Assembly (NCBI GenBank): GCA_030141605.1
Contig: JAQGDQ010000021.1
Location: 992,001 to 1,056,000, forward strand
Source of the DNA: Tubiluchus corallicola
Taxonomy: Eukaryota; Animalia; Priapulida
Direction: 5' to 3'
DNA: 64,000 nucleotides
Below, in pieces: positions 54,601 to 64,000 of the stretch (positions are counted from its first letter, which is position 1; every line of letters begins with the position of its first letter). The position numbers and the translations under genes were made by a program. The notes under the pieces are model-generated. The model ran no database searches and was not told where the DNA came from. It saw only the letters and a list, made by a program, of their open reading frames with translations.

Positions 54601-57600
54601 TGAAAACTATATCTGATATTGCATTTCATTTGGCTGATTTGCAATGCAGTTTTAAATTTAAATTGCATTCTGCATATTTGCACTTAAAAAGGTCTAATTA
54701 ACACAGTTTTTTTAAAAGCATTCAAATTGCCGCAAAACAGTCTTTGATAATCTACTGATAAAGCTACTTAAAGCTATAATGCCATTTTTACTTGCAATAC
54801 TGTTTTTTTGCTTTCTGTGCATTAATGTAGGTAGCAATAACCAATCACTATTATAGTACTCAATATTATATGTGAATTTACATACAAATGCAGCAACAGT
54901 TACATGCTTTATAAACCAAAGAACTACAAAAATGTTTCCATTTCTGCCACCTACTGGTTTGCACTTATTTAACAAGAATGGCTTACCTCATCAAAGATTT
55001 CAATGTAGACTGATGTTATACCAGGATTAACATAACTGTAATGAAACGAGAAGAATTATTGTTGCAAAGACAGCATAGAAGTACATGTTGAAGAATGTAA
55101 GTTAAAAAAACACAAGACAAAAATAAATGTTGCTTAAAGTTCGATTATCTGATTACCCCATTAAGCTGATCAGCTTTTTTTACTGAAAAGGTATGCTGTC
55201 AATGTTCCATAGTAGGAAAGAAAAGCCCATTACAATTTTGCTTCTATATAGAAAAAATCTATATAGGAAAATCAATAATGATTTTATTACTATGTTACCA
55301 TCACCTGTTGTTATACATTACTATCATCGTGTAAGACAAGCTAGCCCAGACAAATGTATATGATGGGTACAAACACATAAAATAAAGATGTCAGCATTAT
55401 GTACACAAAATTATCAACATACTGCTTCACAAATTAAATGACCTTCAAGGGTTCAGCATACCATTGAACAGTTTTATGCCAGCGAGGATTTTTGCCACCA
55501 TTGTGATCAGTCGGGGTTTCAAAAACAGAATGTCCAATCCTGATTCTACAGTATGGATCCATTTTCAAGTAACTGTAATTCTTTGCCAATTTTGCCTAAA
55601 ATAAATGACAAATACAATGCACAAGCAAGTTTTAATGACAAGTGTTTTACATACTACAAGCAGTCATGTGTTATAATTTTGCCATAAAGCAGCACTTAAC
55701 GTTAATGCTAGGCTCAAATCATATGTTTGTCCATAGTGTCCATACCTTCTTTAATGCAGTGTATGCAATTTAAGAAATAAATATTAGCAACAAGGTACAC
55801 TGCGTGAACGTTTTAATGTGACGTCACTGGTATTTGGGGGTTTGTTGCCAATTTGACTTAAAGCTAGGCTTACTCGCTTAATTCTTTTATAATAACGACC
55901 TCATTTGGCACTCACAAATATGCAATTTGTAGTACTTTGAAACTTTGTCACTGCTTAAACATCCTGCTTAAATTATGAAGTTACTGTTTTGCTACTTGAA
56001 GTTTTAATTTCGTACAAATGTAATTGCTGTTCTGTAAACTTTTGTGTCTGAAAAAGCACAATCAGTTTATCTGCTGATTAGACATTAAGTGTCATGTTGT
56101 TTACAAAAGAGAGTTGTTGTTCTACGTAAGCTGCTGTTGCTGGAGTGATGGGCTAAAATGCTTGATGTAATTTTCGCCATTTTTCCAATGATAAACAGTA
56201 AAATCTGTATAATTTGGGTGACAAGAGCAAAACAAACTGTGCAAGTTGTGCGATAAATCAAGTTCGGCAAAAACGCATTTTTGTGCAGTCCTTTCTCAGT
56301 GGATGCACTGTGTGCTTGTGCATGGCTATTTCTTGAAATTAGAGCCTGCTTAATGCATAAATGTTATTTAGTTCGCTTTAAAATGATTAATTGTTGATGT
56401 CAGTGACATCACACCAAAACTAATGCTGTGCAGCCTATTTTTGTCTGTACAAATCTTTTAATTAGTTTTTAAATATATGGTTGTCATCAATGCCTAAACT
56501 ACATTGTGACACCCAATAATATTTCGCCTTCAGTGCTGCTTTAAAGCTTGAACAGTTTATTAATTCAAGCTCCCTAGAACCATTTTCCTCACAGATAATG
56601 TAGTAGATTCAAACTATGGAGCGCATACCAATGTCAAACTATGAAACAACTCTTCTTAGAATATTAGGATGAAAAAAACACTTAGTCCTACTGGTGGACA
56701 TTTTACCAAAAAGAAAGTTATCTTACAATTACGGTTGCTTGAGGCTGTACAAAAATACCTGCACGATAGTAATACTCAATCTACCAGTCGTCCCCTGTGG
56801 CACTGCACCCTGCGCCATGCCACCCGTTGCAGCAAATTGTTGCTGATACAAGGCTTGTGCAACTTGTTCATCAATCTCACTTTGGCTTGGACCAATGCGA
56901 AGGAATTCATCTGGCAACGTTCCGTTATTCGGCAAATAGCACTTATAAATTAAATGATAAATTTTAGTACACTGTTACAAGGAACACTGAGTGCTGAAAC
57001 TCAGTTACTAGTAAAATAATTTGCATAAATTTGAGAATGGCAAGGTGTGTGGGTGTGAATATCTCTAGTACGAGTTTCTGGAAAAAATCCGACACTAAAT
57101 TAAAAGTAATTGCAAAATAAATGTACTACAGGTAGTCACCAGACAGAACCCATAATGGTCATTAGTTGATGACTGCCTGTAGTGATGACATCCATTCACG
57201 GTAATTAAAACATGAAAAGTGAGAAAAGTGCATAATTCCTTACACACTTATGGACAAGAAAACTTTCTTCATAAATAAAGCTTAAAAAATTCATCATGAA
57301 ATCCTCTCACTTACAGTCTTACACGATGTCTTATTACATACAGGGCTTACATTAGCAGCAACGTTGTAGAACACTTGTAAATTTCAATTCTCGTGATAAC
57401 CATTAGGAACAGCCACAGTCTAGATTGACTTAGCTTGAAACAATGTTTAGTTTAGATTGAAACAAGTTTAGTTTGAAACAATATTATGTAAAGTTTGAAA
57501 AAAATCAGAGCATTCCTATTACACACTTCTCTAACCAAACAAAAGTATAAACTACTTTATCTTGTCATTAAGATTAATAATATGAATAATGTGTTTTTGA

Positions 57601-58133
57601 TGAGCCAGTGGTACACACTGGGATGGTGATATAATGACGTTTTATCAGTTGGCATGAACAGTTTAAGAATTTTTTTTTGAGTTGCCTAAAACAGGTAAGC
57701 ATAGTGCTAAGTAATATAACTTTGTACGGAATGTAAATATATATCTAATTTTCATTGTGCTTGTGCCACCATTTTATATGCTTGTTACTAAAGCATCTCG
57801 TTATCTGTGATGCATGTTTTAACACAGCTTGTTTGAAAATGGAAGAATTATATATATCACAAATGGTATATGTTATTTTAAGAACGAGCCTGTCATACAC
57901 GAAATGGACGCTGTCAGATTATGCACAAATTCCACCAATCATGAAAAAGTCTGGAACTTTATGCAAATATCAACATATGACAACTTAAATTTATTATCGT
58001 TATCATTCTGGGAAACGCACATGAAGCAAAAGCATAAATAAGAGGCAAATCTTTAACAGAACGCTGAGGTTAACTTTAGAAATGTAAACTGAATTATTTT
58101 TACCCGCTGTCGTCGTTCAGCAGCAGAAGACAT
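51679..58133 (-). CDS. TOLLIP: Toll-interacting protein (TBD, C2 and CUE domains), 8 exons, 290 aa
   Basis: Exons 58133-58104, 56941-56759, 55595-55462, 55035-54987, 54422-54270, 52967-52874, 52071-51956 and 51792-51679 (873 nt, phases consistent). Motifs: [86 protein letters not shown], and [35 protein letters not shown]. Confidence 0.97.
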
Positions 58134-59513
58134 GATTTGGAAGAAGGTTTCTAGGTCTATACTCTACATGCAAAAACCTATAAAAAGAGAATAAATTAAT
58201 GTTAAGAGGCACTAGTGCTTGGTTACGAATCCACTTTGCTTCCTATGGAATGTAGAGTAGTAATAAGTAAAAATTAGAAATCGCAATAGTTATTGTAAAA
58301 AAGATAACGACTGATATTCCTACTATGTATGGCAATTGGAAATGTTTTAAGGCAATTTCAAGCAGATAAAATTATTCTAGAAACAAAACAATACTTTTAC
58401 CACCTCCTACAGTAAGTTGTTCAAAGTTCTCATCAAAGAAAAAGAAATGCCATTGGCAGTCACACACAAAATCAGCATAAGTATGTCAACAGCTAGTTTC
58501 TCAAAAAATTACTTAATTTTTAGAACTAGTCTGAAAAACTAGCAACATACTTGTGTGACCAGTTTTGTTAACAGCCTTTCCAGGACCATCTGATGCATAA
58601 AATTTATCATTCAACTGACGTTTTGTCACCAGAGACTTATGAAACAAACACTATCTGGAAAGGTGATTCGAAACTTGACTGTGGTTTCAAAAAATACAAA
58701 AGACGGATACAATGGGGATGGTAGAACCAGTATGGAAATTTGTATGTAAATGCAATTAAATAAGTCAAACCTAAAAGTTGTACTATATACATGTGTCGGA
58801 GGTAAAGTAATGCACTAACCCATGTAACGCAATCGCACTCTCCAAAGCAAGTGCGGTACATGAGATACCCAAGCACATGAATTTCATTATACGTGAAATT
58901 ATAATAATAAAAACATTAGAAGAGCTTTACTTGTAAAATGTTGTGGCGCTTGAATAAGTTGCTACTGATCACATTTAATGCTGTTTTATCTGAGTGCTCA
59001 CTGTACAAATCAGTGATCTAAAAACTTGAATTATTTATCTTGTCTGACTCATTATAATGACAATAATGTAATGTTTCTGTTAATACCAAAAAAATAATTT
59101 AACTTGAAAAGTAGCTAGGCAAATTTCGTTATATAGTAGATTATTAGACTCACGGTTAATAGACTCAGTTGCTTAAATGGCTCAAAAACACCTGGAACGG
59201 GCGCTCCTATTCAAATGTATACAAAAACTGTCGGTAATTGACTCAAATAATTCCACATAATTGACTCAATATTTTTCTTAACATACTTAAAATAAGACAC
59301 TTGTGTGTGACCAAAGAGCTCTTACTGCTTTTATGCTATCTTTACATCGATTCTGTGCACTGTGTACAGAAGCTGTACCTACTGTAATAATATTCTTGCT
59401 GACAAGATAAACTGTCTATGAGTAAAAATTACTCTGCAGTCTAGCCTTGTTCAGCAGCAGAATATAATAGTAGTGAAGTGAAACAATATTACAGTAAGTC
59501 AGTTACTGAAGTC

Positions 59514-59717
59514 ATGTTGTGCATCCTGATGTCATCAGTGGTAAAGACGATACAAAATTAATATCCAAACCAAATTTTAATATTGCTCACCCAACTAGCT
59601 CAGAACTAATGATTATGTTGTGTATCCTGATGTCATCAGTGGTAAAGATGATACAAAATTAATATCCAAAACAAATTTTAATATTACTCACCCAACTAGC
59701 TCAGAATTAATGATTAT
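59514..59717. repeat. 101-bp tandem duplication
   Basis: atgttgtg.atcctgatgtcatcagtggtaaaga...cacccaactagctcagaa.taatgatt starts at 59514 and 59615. Confidence 0.95.
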
Positions 59718-60972
59718 TTTACTGAATGTAAAATTTATATTTAATTAATGAAAGTATAATTACTTATATTTACATTTTAAATTATTATTATTATTAAATA
59801 AGCAGGGATAACAGACTCAGCCACAAAGGTAAACTCGGCTCAATTCCTGACCAGATTCTTGTGTGTTACTTGGGCATCCCATGTACTGCATCTGCTACTT
59901 GGGCCAGCCTATCTACCATATGCATTACATGGGTTAGCCTATGTATCACACAGTGCGCTACTTGGTCTAGTGCGTTACTTTGCACAAACAAAATGAAAAT
60001 TATAATTCTTTTTAAGGAGTAACTGAACATTACCTTAATCAGGCTAATGTGAAGAAAGCAAAAATGCTTGATAAAGTGTAAACAAAAATAAATATTGAAC
60101 TTGAAGTTATAAAAAATCAGTAATGTAAATATTATCGTTGATAACTTAACAGTATCATACCATAGAAAATAAATATATTTCACTCTGAAACCACGAACTT
60201 TCTTGGGATACCAATAAATTGAAACAATGCAACTACAATTTGGTAAATGCTTATTCATTAAGGACTAGTACAAAATATCATATTTCTGATTATAAATTGA
60301 AACCAAATACTTCACAGTGACAAAAACATTAAGTCAAAAACCTAGTACAAGGTTGATTATACACGAAATGCTTAAACAGGTGTTGTAGATGAATTTCCTA
60401 AAAAGTGGTGGTTGCCACAGATAAATTACAACTCAGTGTATGAACAACCAGAATAGGAGATTAAATATTTACTATTTAACTCTGCTCTTTTATGTTTGAA
60501 GATGACAAGAGAGTTAATTCCCAGTCTCGCTCATTTACGCAGAACCAAAATTGGCAATACGGGAGCTATTCGAAAAAAGGCGTTTTGTGCAGGTGGGATG
60601 CCGTGACTTGCTCTGCAAGTCATAAATACTGTTTTGCATTCATTTAAGATTTTTCACAAATTTGTCGAATACACTCAAACGGTTGCTATTTAATTATACT
60701 GAAAAATTTAACTAATTAACTGTAGTGCGCTTACTTGAAGTTGAACTAGGGCTTCTAAACAATGTCTAACTAGGTGAACAAACTGACAATGTTTTCTTTT
60801 CTTAACTCCTTTACTGGTAAAATAAATAAAAAGAGTGCTCCTTTTGTTTAAAATCGGCCATGCCAAATGTCAGTTTTTCTAGAAGAAGTTCTTTTCCTAT
60901 TATTGCATATTATTATTATTATTATTGCTATTATTATTATTATTATTAATACTATCACTATTATTGTTGTTA

Positions 60973-61835
60973 TCGTATATATTAATTTCGCTGGTAATAT
61001 ATTGCATTGTTGATTATAAGTGTATTTATGCCAAAATTTGTTGCGGGTCCTTTGCTAGTCTGTATATTAATTTTCCTGGTATATATATATATATATATAT
61101 AAGATTCGAGGCTACAGCTTCGACGGCGGCACAATTTGCGGCGATCTATATATCAAACGGAAGGTCTCGATCTAGTGTCGTGCCATTGGGGATTTATTAT
61201 TAATAATTTGCCATTATTATTATTTTTATTTTTGAAATCGGGTCCACCGGGACGAACAGGGGGCAAATAACCTCCAAAAATGGCCATTTTCGGCCGTTTT
61301 TTGCAAAACTTATACCTTTTATTTCTGGAGAACGGAAATGGGCCGATGGTGGTGCTGGCTATGGATAGATAGCCAGTTCAGCGGTGGGTGCAGTAGGCGT
61401 ACATAGAATTCGCGAGAGGGCCACAGCGTCCCGTAACGGACATTTTCCCGGACCCAACTCGCGATTTTTTCTAAATTTTGACCAAACAGCCTAAGGAAAA
61501 AACGTTCTAGCGGCGCCTAGTAGGACTCTCGAAAGGAGATATATGGCTCTTTGGAAAGAGAAAGAACAGGGCTACACGATGATGCGTCCACCAAGAGGAG
61601 TGATGATGAGTTAATAAGATGTTCTGTTTTTGGCAATTTTCGCTTGGAAAACTGCTGACGCAAAGCCATTATTCTGACGTCATGTATTATACTCTGCTTA
61701 TAAATTTATAGCTTTAATTCAGTAAAAGCTGCTGTTCGCTTTGCGTTGTAAATGAGGATGTATGTATGTAGGCTGTTCGCGTATTATTGATTATAAATGT
61801 ATTTATACGCAAATTTTTTGCGGGGTCTTTGCTAG
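60973..61835 (+). mobile_element. Head-to-tail pair of non-autonomous Helitron-like elements (86 bp + 777 bp)
   Basis: A|TC...CTAG (60973-61058) is followed directly by TC...CTAG|T (61059-61835). The two share 5' (tatattaattt..ctggta) and 3' (gattataa.tgtatttat...ttgcggg..ctttgctag) sequence, with the hairpin cgcaaa-ttt-tttgcg 9 nt before the final CTAG. Confidence 0.75.
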
Positions 61836-62285
61836 TCATCATCATCATCATCATTATTATTATTATTATTACTGCACATTACATTTCGGTTTTTCAGTGT
61901 AGCGTGAAAGGTTACAGCAAGAAATCTTGTCCTACTGTGTGAATCGCACCTGTCCCAGTTATCATAATCACCGCAGCTACTGCCGTCGCATGAGGACATC
62001 TGCACACTACGAAAAAGCCCTATTATTTATGAAATTTTTGACCTGTAGCTAGTGTTGGATGAGTTGGATTAGAGGAAGCGAGAAAATGAATCTTTTAAAA
62101 TATATAATATATTATTTGTTTAATCAACCGTTTTTCATACATCAGAAACCCGTTGAAAACATTTTGCAAACAAGCGGCCTCAACAGAGTCAAATTAACTA
62201 AGTTATGTTGCAAAATGGTGTCATACCCCAACGGAATCCAAATGATACCTTATACAAACAGTCTATGTATCGAAATTATTCACGT

Positions 62286-62633
62286 TGTATCCATATGTCC
62301 AAACGACCTAATTTAGTCAAAATTATTTTGTGTCCAAATGCCTTATGTATCCATATGTCCTATGTGTCCAAATTACCTGGTGTCCAAATGCATGTGTCCA
62401 AATTACCTTGCGTTCAAGTGCAAGTGTTTTATCTGCCAAATTTTACCTGGTGTTCGAATGTCCTGTGTCTAAATTACATCGTGTGTCCAAATGACCTTGT
62501 GTCCAAATTAGCTCGTTTCCAAATTACCTTATGTCCAAAGGCTGCATCGAAATAACCTACGTGTCCAAAACTTTCAATGTCCAATTAACTTATGCATACA
62601 AAATGTGTGTGTCAAAGTAGTCTGTGTCCAAAC
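62286..62633. repeat. Degenerate ~15-20-bp minisatellite (tgtgtccaaattacc)
   Basis: Recurrent tgtccaaat motif; probably the interior of a non-autonomous DNA transposon. Confidence 0.8.
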
Positions 62634-63009
62634 TCCTGTAATCAATTTTTTTTTCGGGTAAACACCATCAATGCACCTCAGTGAGAAAGAAGGCAAGGGT
62701 ATTCCCGTATAACAGTAATCTTGATGATCACACTGTTACTGAGTAGAAGATGGTCATACTCATCCTATTATAATCCTTTTATAAAAGATACCAATCCTTT
62801 TATAATCACTAACTTAATGATGACTACCCAGCTATCTATGAAGAACTACCAAATAAGCAGCACATTTTATATATAATTACGAAGGCACAAATCCAATTGC
62901 AGCTCAATGGACAAGAACACGGCAAATTCATTGCTGCAAGATTGGAAACCACACTGTCTTGGGGGAAAACACTAGAGCCAGAAAACCAAGGTAAAAAACA
63001 ATAGGGCTT

Positions 63010-63329
63010 ATGCAAGACTGCGATCCTATGTTTACAGATAACGACATTTTATATGATGTTGAGAAATATTACAGAGGGGCGGAAACAGAAAGATTCAAAA
63101 CTAAACCAGGAAAGTGATATCCCTGTTGAAAATAAAATTTAAAACCAGTGAAGATTTAATGTCGGCTATTGAAAATGGAATAGCTGTGGGCCAAATGATA
63201 TGCAGTGTAGAGAAGTTCAGGTATAAGCGCAGACCATTAAGATGTTTTCACTGCCAAAAATACAAACATGCTGTTTCCTGGTGTAGAAACAATGTTAAAT
63301 GTGGAAAATAATCTGGTAACCACTACACA
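63010..63329 (+). mobile_element. Pseudogenised gag-like ORF1 fragment of a non-LTR retrotransposon (CCHC zinc knuckles)
   Basis: PLRCFHCQKYKHAVSWC fits CX2CX4HX4C and is followed by KCGK*SGNH (second knuckle broken by a stop); frameshift near 63112. Confidence 0.7.
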
Positions 63330-64000
63330 ACGCTTATTTACTTGCTTATTTATTAATATTGATAATATAGGTCCTGCGTGTGCTTTGATAATGTATAATC
63401 AAATCCTGTTTTATTTAGCATTTTATATATAAATGCAAGCGTAACATACGTATCGAGCATCTAGCCTTACTATAATATTGTAAAGTTTGGGCGGTAGAAA
63501 CCTTTTATTGCATTTTCCTTATTTGATTTCTTTATGAAATACTGTTTGGCATCAGTAGATCTTTATCTAATTAAAATTTCTTTTAAAAGCAATAATCAGT
63601 TTTTGACATTTATTTAGCAAATTTTGGTTGTCTTGATTAAATCATGCTTAATAAAAAAAAATCTACTACATGGTGAAAGGTATTTTTTCTGTTAGTGTTT
63701 GGGCTGTGCTTACAAGTTTACAACTGCTGTATCACATTGCAAATTTTATATTTTAATATTTGATTGCGTTAGCGCATGCTAACCTCAGATGACATGAGTA
63801 GTGCATTCGTCCTGAAGAAGATACTGTATACTGCTATAACTACTACACCTACTGCCCTGAAAAAAACTACAGTTACTGTTATTAGGTATACTGTTCAGAA
63901 CAAAACTACGGCTACTACATCTCAAGAAAAAGATTGTGTCTACTACCACTGCGGAAATTGGCATTTAGAATATAATGATTAGCGTCTACAGAAGACGCAT

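Noticed and set aside
59130-59290. Possible Tigger/pogo-like MITE end upstream of TOLLIP
   Set aside because: No matching opposite TIR could be established by eye.

Overview
This is AT-rich, intron-containing animal genomic DNA from an invertebrate; a hydrozoan or other cnidarian is plausible but unproven. It is not prokaryotic, and I found no CRISPR array, rRNA or intact tRNA. Splice-phase-consistent gene models were built by hand. (1) Neuroendocrine 7B2/SCG5 (+, 5 exons, 196 aa), with a CRE-TATA promoter candidate. (2) A tandem cluster of three unrecognised paralogues on + (304, 440 and 3229 aa). They share a bipartite motif, D-phi-V-x-x-[IL]-N-E-x-L-A-x-x-E ... V-x-P-L-x-x-[VIL]-P-[SA]-[HR]-x-R, whose P-L-x-x-phi-P half occurs about 16-18 times in a 9.56-kb exon of the largest gene. 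Two of them also share an identical 3-exon layout with two N-terminal hydrophobic segments. (3) A secreted protein with three EGF domains and a Tyr/Pro/Lys/His/Glu repeat tail, reminiscent of marine adhesive or cuticle proteins (-, 4 exons, 610 aa). (4) TOLLIP (-, 8 exons, 290 aa). Non-coding DNA holds Tc1/mariner deletion derivatives, Harbinger-like MITEs, a head-to-tail Helitron pair, LINE remnants, tRNA-like boxes, minisatellites and microsatellites. The three-gene cluster is the best candidate for an undescribed system.
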